Source: a bacterium (GTDB taxonomy: Bacteria > Patescibacteriota > Dojkabacteria > JAKAPS01 > JAJZLI01). From it: a stretch of 64,000 nt of DNA. Under the pieces are notes generated by a model. It was not told the DNA's origin and made no database searches. It saw only the letters and a program-made list of their open reading frames with translations. The DNA lies in the NCBI GenBank assembly GCA_021816845.1, contig JAKAWT010000001.1, positions 262,087 through 326,086 on the forward strand, given 5' to 3'. The translations under genes and the position numbers were made by a program. Positions 54,319 through 63,634 of the stretch are shown here, in pieces; positions within the stretch are counted from its first letter, which is position 1; every line of letters begins with the position of its first letter.

Positions 54319-57300
54319 TGAATGATATACAGAAACTAAAGAATAATCTATATAAATCTTATTGTGATCTTATCTATACAAAAGAAGATTTGGATAGAGA
54401 TTTATCTGTATCTAGGATTGATCTTAGTAGGTATGTTCAAGATTTTATAGATCAAAGAAATTGTGAGTTAAACGGAATTCCATCAGGATTAGTTGGAGAA
54501 GTTCTAGATAAAAAAAGAAATTTTACTTTCAGGGATAAAGTTTTAGAAGGACAATACCGGAGGTATGTTAATGTAGCAGTAGAAGAGAATTTGTATAGAA
54601 GGTTCTCTATCACAAGTTCTAATTCATATAAGAGAGCATATAAAGCTAGAGAGGCAAGACTTCTTGCAAAATCATTAACTCCATCAATAGCTCAATATTT
54701 TCTTCCTGCTCAAGGAGGTAGGTTTTCTGGAACAATCGGAGATATAGATACTGTTAAATTTATGGTTTCTATACTTCAGAGAAAGAAGTATCTAGATGTT
54801 ATAGAAAGACAACTCTACACTTACAGAACTCAAGGTTATATGCCTGCATTAGATGAAAGACTTGAGGTTAGAAAAGTTAATCTTTCACTAAATGCTTTAA
54901 GAAGAAGAGAAGGAGTAGGGGCTCAGATAAAAACTAGAAGAGTATTAGATGTTTGGGAGACAGTCAGTCTAGAAGAAGTGTATTCTCTAATAAGAGGGCT
55001 ATCAAAAGATGAGGCTATAAAGGAAATTACAAGGAGATATCAATACCCTATTGCCGTTGCAGAGGCAGTTTATTCTAGAGTTATTGAAAAAACTACAGCA
55101 GTTGACATTCTTGAAGATGATAAAGGTATAGCTAGAATTACTCCAATTGTTAATGATGGGAACTTCCATGCTAGATATTTTTTCCAATATATCCTTAATG
55201 ACAATAAAAAAAGGAATAATAGAAAAATATTTTCTATTCCTAAAACATGGATAATGGGTAGAGAGGTGGGGGTTCTAGTTGGGCTCGGATTTTTCTCTAA
55301 AAATCCTGAAGTAAATCAATATTCTAGATTTATAGATAAAAATCCATTTCTAAAAAGAATAACAGAGTATGATAAAGAACAGTATTATGAATCCATAAGA
55401 AGTTTTTTTTCTCCTACTGAAACATCTAGGGTTGTTGGTTCTAAATATTCTCAAGGGCTATATGTTAGAAACACAAATAGATTCCTTTTTAACCAAAAAA
55501 GGGGAGGCTTACGATATGAAGACTACAGCAAGGATTTTAAAGACCAAACTGCAGGAGAAAATATAGAGTATGCATTGAACGAAAAAAAAGAACGAGGATT
55601 GTTGTTTTTTAAAAAACCTACAACAATAAGACAAGGGTATGAAGTCCTAGACACCAGATCATCTTTATGGACTCGCTATAGATACAAGAAAAGGAGGATT
55701 TTAAAAATTCTAGATTTTATAGCTGCAATTCCTGCACTTATATCTTTGTCTGTAGGGTTTATAGAGACAAGGCTTATAAATATTGCAGATAGAGCTTTCT
55801 TGGGAGGTAGGCTAACAAAAGCTTTTATTGGCCATATTGAAGGAGGAACGCTAACAGATAAGTTAATGCTCTCTTTTGATGGTATAAGATTCTCTTTTAA
55901 TGCCTTTAAATTAATTATAAAAGATGGTGCTGAAATAGCAGTCCCTGCATTGTTAGTAGGTATTTTATCAGGATCTCTTCCAGTGGCTTTGGCTGTAGGG
56001 ATACCTTTCTTCGGACTTAAATTCCTTAAAGATTTCCTTCCTATGTTTGATGCACAAAATCCTCTAACAGTAGATATCATTAAAAAGATAGTAGGCGGCA
56101 TGACACAAGAAGCTCTTTCTGGCAGTGAAATTATGCTCAAATCTTCTATATTTGGTTTAGAAGCTGGTGCACTTTCAATCCCACTAGCACTTTTGTTTGG
56201 AGCTTCTGCACCATTAGTTTTTATGGGTGCATTTGCTGCTGCTACAGGATATAGAGCTGTAAGTACATTATTTGCAGGAAGATTTATTCCTTCTTATCTT
56301 GAAGCTTCAAAGCTGGACGCATCCTTATTTGATATTTTAAGATATAAGTCCCAATACTTGGGGGAGTTTGGTACAGGGGGTTTTATTACAGGAGGTCTAT
56401 TAACTTTAGCTTTTGGAGGTAATCCAGCATTTGTACTTGCATTTACTGGTGCTGGATTACTTAGTGGTTCTGTTGCAGATTTTTTTAAGAATGCCATATT
56501 TGAAGAATCTATAGTTCATACTACACCTACAGCTACAATACTTTCAGATACCACCCATGTAGCAGTTGGATTTGGAGCAGGTCTTGGTATTATTGGTTTT
56601 GCATTTTTTGGGGTACCGGGAGCCATAGTACTTGGAGGTGCAGGAGCAGCATTAAGTGTTGTTACAACAATAATTCAAAGGAGAGTTACATCTATAACAG
56701 TTGGTAAGCTAGATCCTACAATATTATCTCATATATCAAGATTGTCTCCAGAGGATATAAGGGATTTAGTTACAGCTTCCTCTTCCATAGAAGATATGAG
56801 AACTATCCTTCTAAAAGCTGGATTGTCAGCAGATATTGTAAGTAGATTTTTATCAAGTAGAGCCTTTCTTGAAGATATTAGAGATATAAGTGAATCTATA
56901 AGATCAAATCTTTCGCTACAAGAGAATTATGTAAAAGATCTACTTAAGGGGACTCTGGAAAGAGATCTTTTTTCAAGGCAGCTCTTATTAGGAGATATAG
57001 CAAAAAATTTTAGAAATTTTTATGACATAAGAGATCTAAATTCCTTAGAAGAAATACGGCATCTATCTATAAATGATTTTGCGACAAGGTTTGGTTTAGA
57101 TCCGGACACTGCAGGGAGATTATTACGTAGTGATGGTTTTATTAGAGCGTTAGATAGTGAGGATATAGTTCAAGTTAGAAACAGCATAGAGAGTGCTCTA
57201 AGAGGTAGTTTAAGAGAAAGATTTTCATTGTCACAAGGGGATATAGATAAATTATTCAAAGAATCTAATTCTGGGATAATTAAGAGTCTACGTCCAATAA

Positions 57301-59033
57301 ATTTAGAATTAAGATCATATTTAAAAATATCAGAATACCTTAGAGAAGGAAGAGCTCTTGATTTTGTAGGAAGGGGTGAACTAGCAAAATTATTAAATGT
57401 GGATGAAGTAAATCTTGCTGAGCACTTAAGGACTGTATATCAAATTAATATAGAGACCGTTAAATATTCAGAATTAAGAGATATTCTACTGAGAGATAAT
57501 ATTAATATTGTATCTGCTTTAAGTGAAAGAAGTGAATTTTTTAGAGTCCTCGAAGGAACAAAACTAACAATGGGAGAACTTTTTGGGAAGTATGTGGAAT
57601 TTCCTGATAATCTTCCAGATTTATTGAGTATGAATTTTTCTGAATACTTAAAAGTTATTAGTGACCCAACATCTGTTTTTGCTGCTTCTTGGGGATGGGA
57701 AGATCTATTAGGGAAGGCACAAGGTGATTTCTTAGCAAGCCCAGAACTAAAGGCAATAATAGGTGATAAGATAAAAGAATTACCTTTCTCTTTGGGAAAA
57801 CTAGCAGAATTTGGTAGAAATTTCCATCTTGGACATTTAAATTTTGCAGGAATTGAAAGTGTTGGAATGACAGGTTTGTGGACTGGGATAACAGTTGCAA
57901 TACTAGGAGTCCCAATTTTACCAGCAATAGCAATAACAGGTACTGCTGTTTTAGCAAAGGGGTTGATTAGTGAATGGGTGGCAGCAAATCCTTTGAATAA
58001 GGCAGATATTCTCGCAGGAAGATTAACAACAATTGATCAATATAAATTATTTGCAAAATCTTTGGAAGGATCACTAAATGTTGGAATAATAGGATTTTTA
58101 GTAGGAACAGTTATAGGAGGGCCTTTGGTTGGTACCTTAATAGGTGGAGGTTCTATGATTGGTCTTATGACCTACAAATATTTAAGGGGACCAGAAGCTG
58201 CAATTGCTGAGGCAACAAAAGGCTTTGGAGCAGTTGTTATGAAAGCTGGGAATGAAAGTTTAAATGTTGTAATGTCATTTAGTCTTGTAGATCAATTATT
58301 CCATCTTAAATCTTTTATACCAAGTCTATTGTTTCAAAATGGAATATTGTCTGCACTTGGAGCTTGGGCAACGGTTGGATTTGGCATTGCAGGATTTGCA
58401 GCTATAGGAGGAGCCATAATAACATTTGTAGTAGGTGCAGCAGCAGTAGCATTTTTTCCTGCAGTTCTTATAGGAGCAGCCGTTGTTGTAACCGCTGATG
58501 TTGCAACAAGAATCTTTTCCTGGCTTATCACGGGAACTTCGCATGGACTTCTTTTTTATGTTGGTGCTGGATTAAAAGACGTAGCAGGATTTTTCCTAGG
58601 AGCTGCAGGTTCAACATTAGCATCTTTAGGTATTGACATAATAATAGGACTTATATTCTTACTTTCGAGATTTGATTTTGATATAGATGATTTTCTAAAA
58701 ACTATTTTTATAATGGTATTCTCTTGGTCACTTATAGCAGGAGGAGTATTTGGATCAGGAGTATTTTCAGGTTCTAGTAATAATAATATTTCTAATGTTG
58801 CTGTATCAAATAATAGTACTCCCGCTTCTGGTATATCATCAAATATGATAATCTCTCCTGTGAAGGGTAAGATATTTAAGATATCCCAGTCAGGGTCTGT
58901 TATAGTCTCAGATACGGTATACATAAAAACGGAAAATGGAGATATTATAGGTGTAAAAAATGTAAACAACCCATATTTATATAGTGGAGAAACAATTACA
59001 AAAGGCCAATTTATAGGGAACTTATCACAATGA
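54318..59033 (+). CDS. Giant (1571 aa) multi-pass membrane protein with an N-terminal basic cytoplasmic domain, Gly-zipper TM bundles, an internal EDIRD-repeat soluble domain and a C-terminal beta domain
   Basis: Uninterrupted 4.7-kb ORF. Residues 1-460 are K/R-rich and soluble. At least 15 predicted TM helices are rich in GxxxG/AxxxG. Residues 770-1130 carry a soluble region with repeated …EDIRD…/…YDIRD… motifs. Confidence 0.6.
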   Translation: MNDIQKLKNNLYKSYCDLIYTKEDLDRDLSVSRIDLSRYVQDFIDQRNCELNGIPSGLVGEVLDKKRNFTFRDKVLEGQYRRYVNVAVEENLYRRFSITSSNSYKRAYKAREARLLAKSLTPSIAQYFLPAQGGRFSGTIGDIDTVKFMVSILQRKKYLDVIERQLYTYRTQGYMPALDERLEVRKVNLSLNALRRREGVGAQIKTRRVLDVWETVSLEEVYSLIRGLSKDEAIKEITRRYQYPIAVAEAVYSRVIEKTTAVDILEDDKGIARITPIVNDGNFHARYFFQYILNDNKKRNNRKIFSIPKTWIMGREVGVLVGLGFFSKNPEVNQYSRFIDKNPFLKRITEYDKEQYYESIRSFFSPTETSRVVGSKYSQGLYVRNTNRFLFNQKRGGLRYEDYSKDFKDQTAGENIEYALNEKKERGLLFFKKPTTIRQGYEVLDTRSSLWTRYRYKKRRILKILDFIAAIPALISLSVGFIETRLINIADRAFLGGRLTKAFIGHIEGGTLTDKLMLSFDGIRFSFNAFKLIIKDGAEIAVPALLVGILSGSLPVALAVGIPFFGLKFLKDFLPMFDAQNPLTVDIIKKIVGGMTQEALSGSEIMLKSSIFGLEAGALSIPLALLFGASAPLVFMGAFAAATGYRAVSTLFAGRFIPSYLEASKLDASLFDILRYKSQYLGEFGTGGFITGGLLTLAFGGNPAFVLAFTGAGLLSGSVADFFKNAIFEESIVHTTPTATILSDTTHVAVGFGAGLGIIGFAFFGVPGAIVLGGAGAALSVVTTIIQRRVTSITVGKLDPTILSHISRLSPEDIRDLVTASSSIEDMRTILLKAGLSADIVSRFLSSRAFLEDIRDISESIRSNLSLQENYVKDLLKGTLERDLFSRQLLLGDIAKNFRNFYDIRDLNSLEEIRHLSINDFATRFGLDPDTAGRLLRSDGFIRALDSEDIVQVRNSIESALRGSLRERFSLSQGDIDKLFKESNSGIIKSLRPINLELRSYLKISEYLREGRALDFVGRGELAKLLNVDEVNLAEHLRTVYQINIETVKYSELRDILLRDNINIVSALSERSEFFRVLEGTKLTMGELFGKYVEFPDNLPDLLSMNFSEYLKVISDPTSVFAASWGWEDLLGKAQGDFLASPELKAIIGDKIKELPFSLGKLAEFGRNFHLGHLNFAGIESVGMTGLWTGITVAILGVPILPAIAITGTAVLAKGLISEWVAANPLNKADILAGRLTTIDQYKLFAKSLEGSLNVGIIGFLVGTVIGGPLVGTLIGGGSMIGLMTYKYLRGPEAAIAEATKGFGAVVMKAGNESLNVVMSFSLVDQLFHLKSFIPSLLFQNGILSALGAWATVGFGIAGFAAIGGAIITFVVGAAAVAFFPAVLIGAAVVVTADVATRIFSWLITGTSHGLLFYVGAGLKDVAGFFLGAAGSTLASLGIDIIIGLIFLLSRFDFDIDDFLKTIFIMVFSWSLIAGGVFGSGVFSGSSNNNISNVAVSNNSTPASGISSNMIISPVKGKIFKISQSGSVIVSDTVYIKTENGDIIGVKNVNNPYLYSGETITKGQFIGNLSQ

Positions 59034-59878
59034 AGGTATTGAAAATAATAGTACCAATAGTTATATTAATAGGTTTGGTGTATCTATATATAAATTTCCA
59101 TCCCACTCATCCTAATGTGACTGTTGTTAAAACTAAAAGTACTACTATAATACCTAAAGTTTCTTTTTATATAAATACAAATATTAAAATTCAAAAAGCT
59201 AAATCTATTCCTATTATAAATCCAAATAATAATAAGACTTTTTATTATACAAGTTTAAAAAATCCTTATACTGTAGCAACAAATCTTGGTATATCATATC
59301 CTCCCATATTATCAAAAAATGGTCAGATATCATGGACTTCTTCAACTAACTCCCTCATATATTCGAATGGTTCTTTCTTTTATTCTGTAAACTTAGGTTC
59401 TAAAGGGAGCATATCAGAGTATATAAATAATATCTTATCTCAAATAACACCTCAAGGTGTAAGTTATAAGAAGGTTACTAATATAACTCAAAATGAAGTC
59501 ATAGTATATGTCTATCCAAAAATAACTAATCAGTATATATATCTTACTGATGGTAATAAATTTTTTTATACATTTATATTTTATCCAAATGATTCTATAA
59601 AGAGTTTTAATATATACCCACTGACCCTATCTAAGAGAAAAGGCCAATCTTTAAATGTTACAAATCTAGATAATAAAACCCTAAAAAATTTAGGTCTCTA
59701 TGTAGGAGCTCCTGGTGTAATTTCTAATGTCACCATTACTTCTGAAGATTCTGGATATTTCTTCGATCCGCAAAATAAGGTAATTATTCCTGTTTACATA
59801 ATTTATGGGAATGCTGATATAATAAATTTAGGTATTAGAAATTTTACACTTTATGTTCCAGAGGTTAAAACTATATAA
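59030..59878 (+). CDS. Signal-anchored Asn/Ser/Tyr-rich extracytoplasmic protein
   Basis: N-terminal TM (IIVPIVILIGLVYLYI), translationally coupled to the giant gene (ATGA overlap). Confidence 0.4.
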   Translation: MKVLKIIVPIVILIGLVYLYINFHPTHPNVTVVKTKSTTIIPKVSFYINTNIKIQKAKSIPIINPNNNKTFYYTSLKNPYTVATNLGISYPPILSKNGQISWTSSTNSLIYSNGSFFYSVNLGSKGSISEYINNILSQITPQGVSYKKVTNITQNEVIVYVYPKITNQYIYLTDGNKFFYTFIFYPNDSIKSFNIYPLTLSKRKGQSLNVTNLDNKTLKNLGLYVGAPGVISNVTITSEDSGYFFDPQNKVIIPVYIIYGNADIINLGIRNFTLYVPEVKTI

Positions 59879-62216
59879 ATTAATAATACTTTTTTTTACA
59901 ATTTCTATTTTTATAGTAATAGGTAAGAATACTTATGCTGCAAGTAATTCTTGTGGAAATGGAATAACAAATATTCCTCAGCATATGGCAGTATCATGTA
60001 ACACTACACCGTTACAATTTAATGTCCCTGTATCTGTTGTTGCAGGGAGTGGAGGGTATGCAGTGTCTGGGAGTGCAACATTGAATGTGGGGTTTCCTCA
60101 AAATATACCACTATTTCAGTTTTTAGATTCAGTATCTTCAGTTGGTACAGTAGATCAATCTAATTCTTACCTTGATAATCTTTATCAACCATATGGTTAT
60201 TTTGTAGAAAAAACTAATATCAATCCAAATGTAAATTTTAATATACCATCCTCTTCAAATGGGGTTGGTGCCATAGACGTTCCTTCTAGTTGCTCATCCG
60301 TTTCTGGTGTTCAATGTAGCGTTTTATCTACTTCGGGGGCAAGTCAATATGCATATTTTGCTGTTCCTGGTATAGGGAAAGCCGTTGATTTATTTACATT
60401 GGGAAATATGTTCACAATTTCTGGTTCACCATATACTCAAAGTTTAAACAACCTTTCATCACCTTTTATATCAAGTACCCCACAAAATCCAGTTGGTACA
60501 TGCACTGGTAGTTCTAATGGGTGTATAAACAATGAGATGCCTTTGGCATACAAATTAACAACTACATATGGAAACAATCCATACAATCCTGCCGATAACG
60601 CTCCATTGACTACGCTTGCAACCGCTGGGGTAACAGTATTTGATTGGTTTGGTCAATTGTTAACATGTAATTTTATTCTACAATATGGGTGTCAGTTTAC
60701 ATCTTCTGGGATACCACCATACTGCAGTAAGTATATATACCAAGTAAATCAATCTAGTCCAATAACTACGTCAAACCTTCCTTACTGTCCAGTAACAGGG
60801 TTTAGCATTAATGTGTCCTTTTCTTGTCAACAATATGTTGGTCCTGTAACAACTTTAGAATCGGAGTTAAATTCTACTAATCCTCAAGATACACAGCGAA
60901 TAAAGACTCTAGAAAGTGAACTTGCTTCTGCAGAAGCAGCACTCAATTCTTGTATGAATACATTACAAGGATTCCTCCAAAATGGAATCCCAGTTAGTTT
61001 TAATACAAATTTGTATTTGCAGGGACTAAATAGAATTCTTGCAGATGAATGGTATGCAGAAGCTTCATTAGATGGAGGACCTGCTATAGGACATACAAAT
61101 ACTAAGGCTTGGGATCAATATGTAAATCCATACACAGATGAGTTGTATCCTGCTTATCAGAAGATTTTAGATCAAGGCCCTTCTAATCCTCAATATGCCT
61201 CTTTAACAAACTTATTATTTTTGGGCATAGGAGAAAATGTCCCGGTTAGTATATCAGTGACATCTTCCAGTGGCAGTACAGGAACTTCGACTACTACTTT
61301 CCCTGTATCAAATTTTTATTTTCCATGGATAGGAGATGCACTACAGATTCAGCAGAATTTAGCCATACATAATTTTCAGCCATACTTTAATAATGGGAAT
61401 ACCAATAATCTGCCTAAATTAGCCCAGGGAGAATATTACATACAAAACAAATCACAATATCCAGATCCTCTTCTGCTTTATCTCTTATATGTAGGAGCAT
61501 TGTCACCAACTGATCCTGTAGTACAAAATGCACTTGGATCTTATCCAATAAGTACTATTTTACAAAGTTCAACAGGAGGTGGTTCCGGAGGTGGTTATGG
61601 AGGTGGTCCAACGAATACTTCTGGTAAATATAACCAACAAGCATGTGATCTTGCGTTGACTATGGCACGTCCATCAACGATAAGTTTGTCTTTATCAAAA
61701 TTATTACAGTATGCAAATGATTTTCTTGGTGCTAATTACTCTGAGAATAGAGATTTTTCTAGGTGCTATCCTAATGCTGCTCCGGGTGTATACCCAGGGA
61801 TTGATTGTTCTTCTTTTGTTGCGACACTGTATAAAGATATGGGTATTCCTCTTGCTCAAGATTCTACTACTGAAACACAGTATTCATATAGCCAAACGGC
61901 CTTACATATATTTACAAACTTAAATGATGTTGCTGCAGGAGATTTGATATATTTTTATGAGCCGGCAGATGCTCCACAGGCTCCTCCTCAACATGTTGCA
62001 TTAATATCAAGGTGGAATGGTCCTAATAATTTTGATACCATTCAAGCTACTTATCCTGGAAATGGTGTTGTGAATGATAATTATACTAAGAATGTCCCAC
62101 CATTATGCCTCACTCTACCTGGAGGTGCGGTACCTTCTGGGGGTTCATTATCTTCTGGAGGTAATGGTAGTTGTATAATGGGATTTGCTAGTCCTAGTGC
62201 AGGACAATTTAACTAA
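59853..62216 (+). CDS. Secreted 787-aa protein with a C-terminal NlpC/P60 peptidoglycan endopeptidase domain
   Basis: Signal peptide, then a long Ser/Thr/Gly/Pro-rich beta region, a GGGSGGGYGGGP linker, and a C-terminal domain with the catalytic Cys in DCSSFVATLY, His in HVALIS, and a following polar residue. Confidence 0.6.
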   Translation: MFQRLKLYKLIILFFTISIFIVIGKNTYAASNSCGNGITNIPQHMAVSCNTTPLQFNVPVSVVAGSGGYAVSGSATLNVGFPQNIPLFQFLDSVSSVGTVDQSNSYLDNLYQPYGYFVEKTNINPNVNFNIPSSSNGVGAIDVPSSCSSVSGVQCSVLSTSGASQYAYFAVPGIGKAVDLFTLGNMFTISGSPYTQSLNNLSSPFISSTPQNPVGTCTGSSNGCINNEMPLAYKLTTTYGNNPYNPADNAPLTTLATAGVTVFDWFGQLLTCNFILQYGCQFTSSGIPPYCSKYIYQVNQSSPITTSNLPYCPVTGFSINVSFSCQQYVGPVTTLESELNSTNPQDTQRIKTLESELASAEAALNSCMNTLQGFLQNGIPVSFNTNLYLQGLNRILADEWYAEASLDGGPAIGHTNTKAWDQYVNPYTDELYPAYQKILDQGPSNPQYASLTNLLFLGIGENVPVSISVTSSSGSTGTSTTTFPVSNFYFPWIGDALQIQQNLAIHNFQPYFNNGNTNNLPKLAQGEYYIQNKSQYPDPLLLYLLYVGALSPTDPVVQNALGSYPISTILQSSTGGGSGGGYGGGPTNTSGKYNQQACDLALTMARPSTISLSLSKLLQYANDFLGANYSENRDFSRCYPNAAPGVYPGIDCSSFVATLYKDMGIPLAQDSTTETQYSYSQTALHIFTNLNDVAAGDLIYFYEPADAPQAPPQHVALISRWNGPNNFDTIQATYPGNGVVNDNYTKNVPPLCLTLPGGAVPSGGSLSSGGNGSCIMGFASPSAGQFN

Positions 62217-62219
62217 ATT

Positions 62220-62909
62220 ATGAACTTAAGTACACTAACAATATATATACGAAAATACTGGATTCTTATTATAGCTTTACTATTTTTAGTACTGCTATTA
62301 TTTATATTTTTTAATAAATCTACACCTTCATTTAATTTTGATACAAGCATTAATTACCAACAAATAGGTCCAAAGGGTGGGTCATATACACCACTCGGAT
62401 ACCATGTAGATTCTTTCTCTGGCACATCCTTTTATTCTAAAATTCTAAATCAACAAGTTAAGTATTTTAAAATATCTTCTGGCGAGACGATAGGATATTT
62501 TATCAACAAAGGTAACACTCTTAATAAATATGAAAACAATCCTTTATATCTAGGATATGCTCTTTCATATGATATTTTTAATATACCAGTTCCTTCTTTA
62601 GAACAGGGGAATCTAAACTATTATACATTCTTGTTAAATCATTTTGGGTCTATCCCCTCTTATCTAATATCAAAAAATATCTACTCTTATCTTAAATCAA
62701 ATCTTAATAAGTTTTACTCTGCAAATCCTATATTAGAAAAAATCAATATAATTAACTATTCTAAAGGAAATCAGTATAATATACTGTATTCCTATAATCT
62801 ACTTCCTTTGCTGGCTCAAGGTGGGGTGAAGTATTATAATAAAAATATTGATATAATTATCAATAAAAAATCTGGAAGTTGGGATATAACTAGCATAAAA
62901 ATTTTATGA
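62220..62909 (+). CDS. Signal-anchored hypothetical protein
   Basis: N-terminal TM (WILIIALLFLVLLLFIFF), 229 aa. Confidence 0.35.
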   Translation: MNLSTLTIYIRKYWILIIALLFLVLLLFIFFNKSTPSFNFDTSINYQQIGPKGGSYTPLGYHVDSFSGTSFYSKILNQQVKYFKISSGETIGYFINKGNTLNKYENNPLYLGYALSYDIFNIPVPSLEQGNLNYYTFLLNHFGSIPSYLISKNIYSYLKSNLNKFYSANPILEKINIINYSKGNQYNILYSYNLLPLLAQGGVKYYNKNIDIIINKKSGSWDITSIKIL

Positions 62910-63631
62910 GGAAACTAAATCTTTTACTTATTGCTATTTTTATAGACATTATCTTTATAAGTCTTGCCGTTGTTTATGTACATGCGAGCACTTATGAAAT
63001 ACCTCCAGAGAATAGAGGGTACCCTTTAAATTTATATTCTGGTGGTAATTCTGGAGTAGGGACGATATCTGGTGCTCCAATTCCAGTACCAGCTGGTTAT
63101 TGTCCAGAGCCTTTCACTGTGAATGTTCCTCTTATCTCCACTCAAGGGATTCCTTTACAGCAATCAGATTTCACAGCAATGTTTAATTATTTACAGAATT
63201 TTGGAAGTAAGACAGTAGCAAAGGCCAATCAGATTGTAGTAGCTTGTCAGATATCTCCTGGTTTGTACAAATGTGACCCTAGATTTATTGCTGCTATATG
63301 GGGACAAGAAAGTAGTTTTTCTACTGGAGTAGGTGCAGGAGAAAGTTTTAATTGTTTTGGTGGAGAACCTCAATCCTTTGGGCCAGAACTTAATTGTGCA
63401 ATTAATTCATTTCTTTCTTATTACAGAACATTTAATTTGGAAATGCAGTCTCAACAAATAGCTGTTGCTGGAGCAGGAACCTCTGCTGCGTGCAAAACAA
63501 CAGATCTTTTTACCTATATGATGGAAGAATATACTCCCATAAACGGGAGTTTTGGAAACTCATCGACTAGGTACAGCTTACACTTTTTTCTGAGTAAATT
63601 TTTAGGGTCTCAGGCAATTGTTACAGGGTAA
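62906..63631 (+). CDS. Signal-anchored protein with a lytic-transglycosylase (SLT)-like motif; VirB1-like candidate
   Basis: …RFIAAIWGQESSFSTGVGAG… resembles the SLT catalytic E-S motif, and it has four Cys. The assignment is tentative. Confidence 0.4.
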   Translation: MRKLNLLLIAIFIDIIFISLAVVYVHASTYEIPPENRGYPLNLYSGGNSGVGTISGAPIPVPAGYCPEPFTVNVPLISTQGIPLQQSDFTAMFNYLQNFGSKTVAKANQIVVACQISPGLYKCDPRFIAAIWGQESSFSTGVGAGESFNCFGGEPQSFGPELNCAINSFLSYYRTFNLEMQSQQIAVAGAGTSAACKTTDLFTYMMEEYTPINGSFGNSSTRYSLHFFLSKFLGSQAIVTG

Positions 63632-63634
63632 ACT

